Part shown: piece after piece, positions 24,501 through 35,522 of the stretch
Layout of the letters: each line of letters starts with the position of its first letter
Position numbering within the stretch: position 1 is the stretch's first letter
Assembly (NCBI RefSeq): GCF_964355755.1
Contig: NC_092675.1
Coordinates: forward strand, 28,864,912-28,928,911
DNA length: 64,000 bases
Direction of reading: 5' to 3'
Source: Antedon mediterranea
Lineage: Eukaryota; Animalia; Echinodermata
Notes under the pieces: generated by a model
Seen by the model: only the letters and a program-made list of their open reading frames with translations
Database searches by the model: none
What the model was told of the DNA's origin: nothing
Made by a program: the position numbers and the translations under genes

Positions 24501-25636
24501 AGTTTCCATCATTACAGAAACTAGACTAGACAATTTGAACTCTGCTTTAGAAAGGCTACAAATATTTGTTATATTTGTGCTAAAAAGTTTGATCCTATAT
24601 CAACAAAAATCTATCACAAGTTAATTGCCACTATATGTATCCAGAATTCTATGAACTCGGAATAAAGAGGGAAATTGAAAGAAAGCAACTTTAAATTAAA
24701 CCAATGCTAAACAATCACATTTCTCTATTTACTAAAATCTGCCTCTGAGACTTGATTTCAACAAAAGACTAATAACAGTATTAATTTAATAGTGAAAACA
24801 TTTTCCTCTGGTTTAGATTGGATTGACAAAACTGTCTTGAAACGCAAGTTAAATTTATACTGGTTTACAATTAATAAACTATATCTTAGTAATAATTTAA
24901 TAATTTTCTTACCATGCCTTTTAAGTTAGGGTCAGCCAATGGAGACCTGTTACCATGGAAATCAGGCCAAACATGTAAGTCTGCTGTGAGAGAAGCTGGT
25001 GATTGTAATTTCTGGTTTATTGCCACAGAAAGAAGAAGCTCATTCATAAAATCATGTACATGAATATTCCTGTTGAAAACAGTTATAAGAATTACTTTAA
25101 AATCTATTGTAATTTTTCTAACAGATGCACTATCTTTTTTCTGAGGTTTTTGCAATAAAAAGTGTACAGTACTATTATACATAATGTAATTTGTGTAACA
25201 CAATTTAACTCATACCATTCATTACACACAAAAACATATTTTAAAGTTAACATAAGCTGCATACATGAGACTTCAAGTTTTAAGACTTTATTTGAGATGA
25301 CTGAACTATAGCTGAGAGTGCATTGAGCATATTAATTATTATATTTTATAATACCTGTGGTGCATCTGTCTTAGCTGCATGGCCACTCAATGCCATTTGT
25401 TTTACCATACCAGGTAAAGAATATCACATTGTGTGTGCGTGTTAAAAAATACAGTTGTTTGAATACCTTTTTGCAGATTTCATCTTCAATTCATCATATG
25501 CCCGGTGAGTTTCTATTACAAAATCAATCAGTTTTCCAGATGCACTTTGACCTCCTTCGTTCAACCAATAACCTGGAATCATTGCACTGTAGTAAGGTCC
25601 CCATACTCCTGGAACAAACAATGCAGCTTCACTAAC
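21536..25636 (-). CDS. FGGY: FGGY carbohydrate kinase domain-containing protein (D-ribulokinase-like), last six exons; 5' part not seen
   Basis: In-frame GT-AG exons: 25636-25467 ([40 protein letters not shown]), 25069-24913 ([26 protein letters not shown]), 24445-24371 ([25 protein letters not shown]), 23878-23758 ([28 protein letters not shown]), 22968-22874 ([25 protein letters not shown]), 21685-21536 ([38 protein letters not shown]). These match the FGGY C-terminal half as I recall it. Confidence 0.95.
23381..23498. mobile_element. Short HINE/DINE-like non-autonomous element
   Basis: Begins AACTAGAAAG, contains a (CAAA)n microsatellite, ends in stem-loop TACCTCCTTGGCGGAGGTA. Confidence 0.45.
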
Positions 25637-26276
25637 CTGAACACAAGAAAACAAAACAGAACAATTTATTTTGTCTTGCAGCACACAAAGTAAACATATT
25701 TATTCTCTATAATGTAAATGTATTACGATTTTCTTCATCATTACATTTTGATAACCAATTAGGTCAACTGAATAATTTCAGAAATAGGTATAACTAAAAA
25801 TAAAGAAACAGAACACATATGTGAATTATTAAAATTAAATTTAAAACGAATAAATTTAACTATGTAACTATTAATAGAAAAGTTTTACTGTCCATAAAAA
25901 CAAAAACTAACAATGGACATTAAACTTTAAAATAAACAAAACTAAATTTATTTACTTGTTTATTGTCTTAAATTGTATTAAAATAATAAAATGATTATTT
26001 ATTGCTTGAAATGTATTATTGAATGGCACATTTAGAATGTAACATATATTCCATAGTTGAGTTAGTTGAGTGGAAATTAGAAGAGATAGTGAAAATAAAT
26101 GTTGATTTTGCACAGCTATGCCTGAAATGAAATACAACTGAAAGACTGAAAATCATCACATCTTTGTTCCGTTTTATTTTTACGGATTTATGTAACTGGA
26201 CTAGAAACAAAATACTGTATTAATCTTTTGAGATAGTCTACATTGCACGTAAATACTGTAACTTCAACCAGATAAA

Positions 26277-28151
26277 ATGCTGTCAAAATTAACAACGTTA
26301 AATGTCAGACAAATAGTTAATTTTTATATAAATATTGCAACTTTACTACCATTAATAGCAAGCCAGGAAGTAATCACAAATATAGCTGACAGAACATACT
26401 TTGCTGGTGAACAACTTACTATCACTTGTAGATTTGAATGTTTTGATGCACCTATTGACAAAAATTACATCAAACTTACAAAGAATGCCATCGACCAGCA
26501 GATATATACATCAGAGTTTGAGTTAACTCATAAAAGAGACAATTACATACTACAGTTATTCGAAATGTCAATATTGAATATTACAGAGTCCCACACAGGA
26601 TCATACAAGTGTGTCTATGATAATGGTATGCCTGTAATATCTAAGCAAGAAAAAACAGTTATAGTTTGGCCAATTCCTGTGAATCCTAAATGTACATCTT
26701 TGCAGCCATTTTATTTTGAAGGACAAAAAGTTAGCATCAAATGTGAAGCTATTGCTACATATCCAGACATTACATTACAATGGAACTCTGACAAATCCAC
26801 TTCTAAAAATCCTCACAACATAACATTCATTGCTGAAAAAGACATTAATGGGTTTGAATATCGATGCTCATTGAATGTACCATCATGGCCATGGAGTTCA
26901 GAAAAAACCTTTGCTTGTAAATTTACAATTTTAGTCACAAATATCAAAATAAACAATTGCGGTAATTTTACATTAGGACAATCAGCAACATTGCAATGCA
27001 TTGTGGATGAAACCATTTCAGATTTCAACTATACTTGGACATCAGAATCTTTAGAGATAGAAATTCATCAAAATAGAAATTCAAATTGCAAGAATGGTAG
27101 CAACAAATATTGCCAAATATTTGGAGATGACAACATTCTAAATATTGAAAGAGTGACAGCTGATATGAACAATGCTGTTATCACTTGTGAGGTACAAGGG
27201 TACAATGTTATTGGAAGAAAATCTAGTATACTTACAGTAAATGGACTACCTACTGTAGAACCTACAACAGATACAATAACTACTATTGAACCTACTAATA
27301 CAGTTGCAACTAAAAGCGATAGAAACTCTAGTAGAATTACTGTTAATGGACCATCTAGACAAGAACCTTCCATAGAAACATTGACAACTCAAAAATACAT
27401 CAAAACGACTACAACATATATTGAAGAGAACAATAGTGCAAACACATTTTTTATTTATGTAACTGTTGCACTTTTTGGATTTCTGCTTTTACTGATAATT
27501 CTAATTAGTGTTATTGTTATTTGTTTTTATCGTTTAAAGAGGTCATTAGGTCAAAGTAATCGAGTTGGCACAAGTCAGGCTATTGTCAGCTATGATAACA
27601 ACTCATACAGAGCAGCTCCCTACAAAGCAGAGCACTATAGAGCAAAGCCCTACAGAGCAGCTCCTTACAAAGCTGTGTCACTGTCAGCCAATGCACAACA
27701 ATTGCATTCTGACAATACTTGCAATAATCGTAAAGATTCACGGGAAGACAACCCTAATCTCCATTTTTATCATGAAATCGCTACAACTTCTGATGATGTC
27801 ACTGATGGTTACATGACCCCCTTGTTTATAGTTAGCCAATTAGATCACCAACAAAACTCTAAACAAGATATCCAAGAAAAACAAGCAGATACAAATATGG
27901 ATAATTTAACAAGCAATTTGGAAGTTGACAATGCATCAGATGATAATGTTGATTTACACACTTATTATGACATCAGCACAACTTTTGATGATGTCACTGA
28001 TGACTACATAACTCCTGTTTCTTTGCTGGAGCAGGTAGACAAAAGTGAAAACTCTAAACACACTGAACTTGAAGAACATCCATGTAAATTAATGTTAGAT
28101 CCTACAAACAGTACGACAGAGTCTATTTATTTAACATTGAGTGATTTATGA
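26277..28151 (+). CDS. R1: three-Ig type-I receptor, N-terminal type I, tail with C-terminal ITIM (624 aa, intact)
   Basis: Uninterrupted ORF: signal, GEQLTITC..HTGSYKC, GQKVSIKC..W..YRC, GQSATLQC..NYTW..NAVITC, Thr stalk, TM FFIYVTVALFGFLLLLIILISVIVICFY, tail ending SIYLTL. Confidence 0.92.
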   Translation: MLSKLTTLNVRQIVNFYINIATLLPLIASQEVITNIADRTYFAGEQLTITCRFECFDAPIDKNYIKLTKNAIDQQIYTSEFELTHKRDNYILQLFEMSILNITESHTGSYKCVYDNGMPVISKQEKTVIVWPIPVNPKCTSLQPFYFEGQKVSIKCEAIATYPDITLQWNSDKSTSKNPHNITFIAEKDINGFEYRCSLNVPSWPWSSEKTFACKFTILVTNIKINNCGNFTLGQSATLQCIVDETISDFNYTWTSESLEIEIHQNRNSNCKNGSNKYCQIFGDDNILNIERVTADMNNAVITCEVQGYNVIGRKSSILTVNGLPTVEPTTDTITTIEPTNTVATKSDRNSSRITVNGPSRQEPSIETLTTQKYIKTTTTYIEENNSANTFFIYVTVALFGFLLLLIILISVIVICFYRLKRSLGQSNRVGTSQAIVSYDNNSYRAAPYKAEHYRAKPYRAAPYKAVSLSANAQQLHSDNTCNNRKDSREDNPNLHFYHEIATTSDDVTDGYMTPLFIVSQLDHQQNSKQDIQEKQADTNMDNLTSNLEVDNASDDNVDLHTYYDISTTFDDVTDDYITPVSLLEQVDKSENSKHTELEEHPCKLMLDPTNSTTESIYLTLSDL

Positions 28152-29081
28152 ACATTAATAGTTAATTAAATGTTAATAGGATAAAAGAAAATACAATGCT
28201 TTTATTAATATTGAATAATATTTTGATCTGATCTGATGAAAGCTGCTTTTTAATTCTGGATATAATATGTTATGAATTATGATTACATTATATACTTGAT
28301 ATATTCATTATTGCTAGAAATATCATGCGGTCAACAAGCAGTAAAATGACTTATTTAAGATGGTCTGTTGGTCATTATACAGAAAATAAATGCTTAATTA
28401 ACACTGAATTGTGTATATAACTTTTGTAAAACACAGTATACAAAAAAATAGAAAACTAATGACTGTAAATGAAAATAAAAGAAAAACTGAAACCATGTAT
28501 TTAAAACTTAACGTCAATAAACAAACTAATTTAAATGCTTTGTTTATCAACCGATGATGGAAATGGCATCAATATTATATATTAAGAAGACAATATAAAA
28601 ACCTTTTCTAATTACTGTAATGAAAACAAAGATGACCAATTAGATCACCAAGATAACTCTAAACAAGGTATCCAAGAAAAACAAGCAGATACAAAAATGG
28701 ATAATTCAACAAGCAATTTGGAAGTTGACAATGCATCAGATGATAATGTTGATTTACACACTTTATTATGACATCAGCACAACTTTTGATGATGTCACTG
28801 ATGACTACATACCTAACTCCTGTTTCTTTGCTGGAGCAGGTAGACAAAAGTGAAAACTCTAAACACACTGAACTTGAAGAACATCCATGTAAATTAATGT
28901 TAGATCCTACAAATAGTACGGCAGAGTCTATTTATTTAACATTGAGTGATTTATGAACACTTAATAGATTAATAGTTAATTAAATGTTAATAGGATAAAA
29001 GAAAATACAATGCCTTTATTATTATTGAATAATATTTTGATCTGATCTGATGAAAGCTCTTTCTTGATTATCTTATAGTTA

Positions 29082-30962
29082 TCTATATATAAATTTACGT
29101 AAGGGCAAAATTCGGTAAATCGCGCCTTACTTTTAGAATTTTCACTCGATGGTATGTAAAGTTGGTTCGTACTTTTGATACTGATTTTAACCGCCTGATG
29201 TAACCCTGTTTACTAATTAAATTGAGTTAGATAATTAGTTATTGACGATTAAAACGAATTTAGGTTCAACGATTTGCCCCAAATAGGGGTGTTTTCCGAT
29301 CGTGGTATACACTGTCTAATGGATGTCCATCTTGAAAAATACCCGCCAAAAAAATGCGAGGAGGCTTCGCATTTTTCTATCTCCTCCTACGATAATTGTT
29401 TTTAATAGCTGAAAACCGGTTGAACAGCTAGAGTACACCATCATAATGTTGAAGACAGGCCGATTTTCTTTAAAAAATACTATTTTGATAGATTTAATAT
29501 ACGATTATACAAATGTATTGATTTGCGATGAATGGAACATCCCAATCTCTCAGTCTGCCAGAGTTTGGTTTAACACAAGTACTGTAGGTAAATTTATGAG
29601 CCCTTGGTTTAACACATACGGTAGGTAAATATATGGGCCCTTTGAGAATAAACTTGCAATAGGTTCGGAAAATGTTAAAAACCAATTTCTATTATTTGAA
29701 TCGGTAAACAGTTTCCATTTATTATACATTGATAATGAAACATGAAATATTCCTATTTATGTCCCTCGAGGTTCATTACAATTTATATTTAGTAGTCCCA
29801 CGGACTTCATCTTAGCCACTCCCCCGAGTGCTAAGGCCAAATTTATGATACCCTACTTTCTATGTAAGTTTAGTTACAGTTAGTTCTTGACGATAATACA
29901 ACGAATTTAGGTTACACCCTTCGGCCGCGAAAACGTTTCTGTACAAATATGATACCGATTGGCTTTATTTCATTCAACAGCGACCATAATCTCGCCAATT
30001 ACAGGATAGATAAACTATTTTATTATTGATGTGCTTATAAATTAAGACTCATGTAAACAGCTTGATTACATCATTTTACAGACAAACGAAACTTTTTTAA
30101 ACCTACTGTTTCAATAACTGAGTATAATACTGTATACGTTTTCATAAGTAAGTGCATATACATTTTCGTGTTTTCATTGACGAGATTGTAATAGTAACTT
30201 CAGTAACTATTACAGTACTTATTTATTATACGACACAAGACAATTGTATCTGACAGGTACGTACATTATTCTAAAAAATAAGTCTAGATAGATCCCTTAG
30301 GCGTCATAAATCACAGGCCAACAAATCAGTACTCATGACAGAAATTCGACCCAGTTTGGTTCACACAAATGTTTACAGGAAGTTCAACACCACAACCGAT
30401 GATTTGCCCTAAATATTTAGGTAGACTACAGTTTAATTTTTCACTGAATAGGAGCTTGAATTTCCGATTTCCATTTCGCAGAATGTCTAGGTCTATTTAT
30501 TTAGTTTGGTTCTTATAATATATAAATACAATCAACTTTATTACTGCGGTTCCATCACCACCACCACGTGCCGCCCAATTCCCGTACATACATTTCCATT
30601 TCTCCCTAATTTCTTTAATCCACATAAATTAATTGTCCTTTATGGAATCGAGTATTGGTTTTGTTGTCTCTATTTCTGAATACCCCAATTAGGGGGACAC
30701 TTCCGTTTTTGTTTAGTGCCGCCCAATTCCCGTACATACATTTCCATTTCTCCCTAATTTCTTTAATCCACACAAATTAATTGTCCTTTATGGAATCCAG
30801 TATTGGTTTTGTTGTCTCTATTTCTGAATACCCCAATTAGGGGGACACTTCCGTTTTTGTTTAGTGTCCCAAAAAAGTCCCCGTCCGTGGATTCTACTGT
30901 ATTCGAGAACCATCTGTGAGCACTCCTAGATGGTACGCGAGCGAAGCGAGCGTGCCATCTAG
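29082..30962 (+). mobile_element. Non-autonomous Helitron (~1.9 kb)
   Basis: 5' A|TCTATATATA; 3' hairpin GGTACGC-GAGCGAAGCGA-GCGTGCC then ATCTAG|T. Sits between A and T with no TSD; absent from the paralogous R1 flank. Confidence 0.8.
30568..30866. repeat. 148-bp direct tandem duplication inside the Helitron
   Basis: GTGCCGCCCAATTCCCGTACATAC... at 30568 and 30716. Confidence 0.95.
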
Positions 30963-31599
30963 TAAATTAAATTACATTATATACTTGATATAATTCATTA
31001 TTGCTAGAAATATCATGTGGTGAATAAGTGGTAAAATGGTTGATAGTAACTTTTTGAAGATGGTCAGTCTACAGAAAATAAATACTGTACTAAATAAATA
31101 CTGAATTGTGTATATAACTTGTGTAAAACACAGTATACAAAAATAGAAAACTAATGACTTTAAATGAAAATAAAAGAAAAACTGAAACCATGTATTTGAA
31201 ACTTAAATGTCAATAAACAAACTAATTTAAATGCTTTCTTTATCAACCAATGATGGAAATGGCATTGAAGACAATATAAAACCTTTCTAATTACTGTAAT
31301 GAAAACAAAGATGCAGTATTGGAGAACAAGAGTTTAGCTTCCTTTAGTTTTAGGATTTTTATTTGATTGTGACATTCTTTCTATAATATATCTTGTACAT
31401 ACATGTATATACACATATATTTTAACTTGGATTTTTTGCAAAAACACACATTTTTAAATTCTTTTATTAATTGCGTTCTTCCTTTTCTCTTTAAATAATA
31501 ATAAGAAATAAAAGCATTTCATTATTTATATATAGATGACACTGTAGCTCCATTATTATTCTTTATCATATTATACCAGAACATATAACTGAAAACTAA

Positions 31600-31735
31600 A
31601 TATTAATGAAAGTGTTGATTTACACACTCATTATGACACCGACTTTGAAGATGTCACTGGTGGATCTACAACTCCAGCTCTTTTGCTGGAGCAGGTTTGA
31701 CACATTAAAGAACACCTCTGTGAAGTAATGGTATA
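31600..31735 (+). pseudogene. Decayed relic of a receptor cytoplasmic tail
   Basis: GTTGATTTACACACTCATTATGACA..GATGTCACTGGTGGATCTACAACTCCAGCTCTTTTGCTGGAGCAGGT matches the VDLHTYYD..DVTDGYITPVLLLEQV coding segment. Confidence 0.7.
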
Positions 31736-32413
31736 TAATAGTTAAATTAAATATGTACTGCTGATGCAAATTCTACAAAATATAACTTGAAGAAGTATTT
31801 CTAGAAATAAAAGTAAAAACACTGTAATATGTATCCTCTTGCTTTCATATATTACACCTTCAAATGTTTTGTTACTGATATATCAATTTTATAATTATAA
31901 CTTAATAATTAAAGAATTCAAATCAGGTTACAAACAAAATATAAATAACAAAAACCAAACTATAGAGGGTGCTACAGTATAATATTTAATAATATTTCTG
32001 TATTAATAAAGAAAATAACTAGAAAATTGCTCATAAAAACTACAGCTAAAAAACATAATGTTAAATTACAAAATTACTAAATCTATAAAAAGGTGCTTTA
32101 AAATAATCATATGAAATTCATGAAAGTGATTGGTTTAAATGTTAATAGATATTGTTAAAACATGATTTAATGATGCATTTAGTAAGCATCACACATCTAT
32201 TGAACATTGATCAGAAGAAATTGCCAGTCACTTTCTTTATATTTTGGGTGTAATTGAGCTAGCCATAAATAGGAACTTTTTTGTAATCATAATTACATGA
32301 AAAGTCTTGTTTGTGTCATTTTCTATGGATTCATGCATGCATTGAACTGGACAAATATTAATTGCAATTTCAGGGTTTTAAAGAACAGAGATTCTTCAAT
32401 TCAACAAGATAAA

Positions 32414-34231
32414 ATGTTGTCAATAAATATTGTTTATATTTTTTGTGTGAACATTGTAACATTACCACCAATATCAAGTCAAACAGTACAAGTAGATATT
32501 GCAGATAGGATTTATTTTGCTGGTCAACAACTTACTATTACTTGTGAATTTCAATCTTTTCCAGAAAGTATTGATAAAAATAACATAAAAATTACTAAGA
32601 ATGATACATACCAAGTGATAGATACATCAGAGTTTAAGTCAATTTACGCTAAAAACAGGCTACAGTTATTTAAAATATCAATATTGAATATTACAGCGTC
32701 TCACACAGGATCATACAAGTGTGTCTATGATAATGGTATGTATGTAATATCTGAGCAAGAAAAATCAGTTATAGTTTGGCCAATTCCAGTGAATCCTAAA
32801 TGTACATCTTTGCAGCCATTTTATTTTGAAGGACAAGAAGTTAGCATCAAATGTGAAGCTATTGCTACATATCCAGACATTACATTACAATGGAACTCTG
32901 ACAAATCCATTTCTAAAAATCCTCACAACATAACATTCATTGCTAAAAAAGACATGAATGGGTTTGAATATCGATGCTTAACAATTGTACCATCATGGAG
33001 CTCAGAAATATTTGCTTGTAAAATTAAAATTTTAGTCACAAATATTAAAGTATACAACATTGGTAATTACATTTCATTAGGGCAACCAGCAACATTGCAA
33101 TGCATTGTGGATGAAACCATTTCAGATCTCAACTATACTTGGACATCTGAATCTAACAGTTTAGTACGAGAAATTGAACGAAACAGAAATTGTAATTACA
33201 CTGATAGCAACAGAAAAAACTGCCAAATGTTTGGAGATGATACGATCCTATACATTGAGAACGTGACAGCTGATATGAACAATGCTGTTATCACTTGTGA
33301 GGTACAAGGGTATAATGTTATTGGAAGAAACTCAAGTATACTTACTGTAAATGGACTACCTACTGTAGAAACTACAACAGATACAATAACAACTATTGAA
33401 CCTACAGGTACAGTTGCAACTAAAAGCGATAGAAACTCTAGTAGAATTACTATAAATGGACCATCTAGACAAGAACCTTCCATAGATACATTGACAACTC
33501 AAAAATACATCAAAACAACTACAACGTATATTGAAGAGAACAATAGTGCAAACACATTTTTTATTTATGTAATTCTTGCACTTTTTGGATTTCTTCTGCT
33601 ACTGATAATTCTAATTAGTGTTATTGTTATTTGTTTTTATCGTTTAAAGAGGTCATTAGGTCAAAGTAATCAGGTTGCCACAAGTCAGGCTATTGTCAGC
33701 TATGATAACAACTCCTACAGAGCAGCTCCCTACAAAGCAGAGCCCTATAGAGCAAAGCCCTACAGAGCAGCTCCTTACAAAGCTGTGTCACTGTCAGCCA
33801 ATGCACAACAATTGCATTCTTGCTATAATCTTAAAGATTCACAAGATGACAATCCAAAACTTCATTTTTATCATGAAATCCTTACAACTTCTGATGATGT
33901 CACAGATGGTTACATGACCTCCTTGTCTATAGTTAACCAATTAGATCATCATGAAAGCTCTAAATGTGAAGAAGTTATTAAACAAGAGAAACAAGCAGGT
34001 CAACAAACTAATATTAATTTGGAAGTTGACAACACATCAGATGAAAATGTTGATTTACACACTTATCATGAAATCAGCACAACTATTGATGATGTCACTG
34101 ATGGATATATAACTCCAGTCCTTTTGCTGGAGCAGGTAGAAAAAGTTGCAAACTCTAAACACACTAAACTTGAAGTAAAGGTAGATAATAATATGGAGGA
34201 ATCTTTTTATTTAAGATTAAGTGATGTATAA
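32414..34231 (+). CDS. R2: three-Ig receptor, type I, C-terminal ITIM (intact; ORF open from 32297)
   Basis: ATG 32414 aligns with the R1 start (GATAAAATG). Stalk, TM and proximal tail nearly identical to R1; D1 diverged; ends SFYLRL-SDV. Confidence 0.92.
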   Translation: MLSINIVYIFCVNIVTLPPISSQTVQVDIADRIYFAGQQLTITCEFQSFPESIDKNNIKITKNDTYQVIDTSEFKSIYAKNRLQLFKISILNITASHTGSYKCVYDNGMYVISEQEKSVIVWPIPVNPKCTSLQPFYFEGQEVSIKCEAIATYPDITLQWNSDKSISKNPHNITFIAKKDMNGFEYRCLTIVPSWSSEIFACKIKILVTNIKVYNIGNYISLGQPATLQCIVDETISDLNYTWTSESNSLVREIERNRNCNYTDSNRKNCQMFGDDTILYIENVTADMNNAVITCEVQGYNVIGRNSSILTVNGLPTVETTTDTITTIEPTGTVATKSDRNSSRITINGPSRQEPSIDTLTTQKYIKTTTTYIEENNSANTFFIYVILALFGFLLLLIILISVIVICFYRLKRSLGQSNQVATSQAIVSYDNNSYRAAPYKAEPYRAKPYRAAPYKAVSLSANAQQLHSCYNLKDSQDDNPKLHFYHEILTTSDDVTDGYMTSLSIVNQLDHHESSKCEEVIKQEKQAGQQTNINLEVDNTSDENVDLHTYHEISTTIDDVTDGYITPVLLLEQVEKVANSKHTKLEVKVDNNMEESFYLRLSDV

Positions 34232-35139
34232 AAACTAGGCTATATGATATCATGTTTGATAGATTAAACAATATTTAAATGTCTTTGAAAGTAACTTAGG
34301 TGACCTTATTGATAATTGTTTTTCTCTTTGGTCACAGATCATCACATTCAACTATTTTTTGTATCTAAAAACTTTACTAAAATGGGTACCTATACTATAC
34401 ATTTGAATCTGTCACAGCTTGTCAGAATAAAAAGTGACCTTCATAAAGCTGTTATATGAATGAATTCATTTAAAGAAAGTTCCTATTTATGGCTAGCTGA
34501 ATTAAAAATGTATTTTCAGCTCTTTCATCATAGTTCTACACATTTAAAAGAGTTCAGATTATGTAAAATTTTTTCTTCATATTTCATTTAGACAAAGTCA
34601 TCATTTAAAAAAATTAGAATATAAGGGGGTCCTGTAATGTTGTCATTTTGACAAGATATTTATTGTAATTTAATGTACTTTGAAGTACCCAATTGTACAA
34701 TAGGTTTTCAAGAATTTGCTGATATTTATAGCTATCTATTCCTAGAAAGTTATTGACTAGAAAAAAATTTATTTTCTTTTGAACATTTGATAAAACTAAA
34801 ATGACAAGTATCATTTGAAGCATGAGTTTCACATGCCGTTTGCATGCTAAATTGTTTATAAATGAGTTGTACATACTTAGAATTATAAGTAATTGCTCAC
34901 ATGCAATTTATATAAGATATTTCTCCACACAATACTCAGAAAATAAAATTAAAAACTATAGTCTACCACTTTCAGAACTACTTGTTGCTTTATTTGCTAT
35001 TTGTATGTGATTTTTTATATTTATTTAAAGCAATACATAGTAATAAAATACAAGAAACACACATACAAATCCATTATCAAATCCATCCATTTAAAATCTT
35101 CAAATATAAGAATTCAGTATTTGAAAATATTTATAATAT

Positions 35140-35220
35140 CAGAGAAAGTTTTGATGATGTCATTACTACTCTCTTTTTCATCTGACAATTTTTAACCAAT
35201 TAGATCAGCAGGAAAGTTCT
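35140..35220 (+). pseudogene. Very decayed tail relic
   Basis: TTTTGATGATGTCATTACT..TTAACCAATTAGATCAGCAGGAAAGTTCT resembles R2 33890-33961. Confidence 0.45.
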
Positions 35221-35522
35221 GTCTTTATCTAATCTATCTAATTTTATATTTTAGTCCTTACACATTTGAGAAAATTTGCATTTCAGAAATGCCTGAACCA
35301 GGAACTAATCGGAAGCTACACAACTATATAAAACTAACTAACTAAACTAAACTACTTTCTCCATTGAAATAACAGAAAGCAACTAGCATTTAAAACAGAA
35401 ACAAAAAAAATTTCAAGGTACCAGGTGTAGAACTGGAAAAACAGTTGTTATGTATGTGTTTGATTGCTGTACAGATTCATAATTTTCTACTGTGGAACAG
35501 TACCTGTTTGATTATATATAAA

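Larger units (their letters stand above)
28635..31313 (+). pseudogene. Tandem ~800-bp duplicate of the R1 tail end and 3' flank (copy of 27836-28634), frameshifted and split by a Helitron
   Basis: CCAATTAGATCACCAA recurs at 27837 and 28637. The copy has small indels, stops matching at ~29058, and resumes at ~30970 through TTACTGTAATGAAAACAAAGATG at 31313. Confidence 0.88.
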
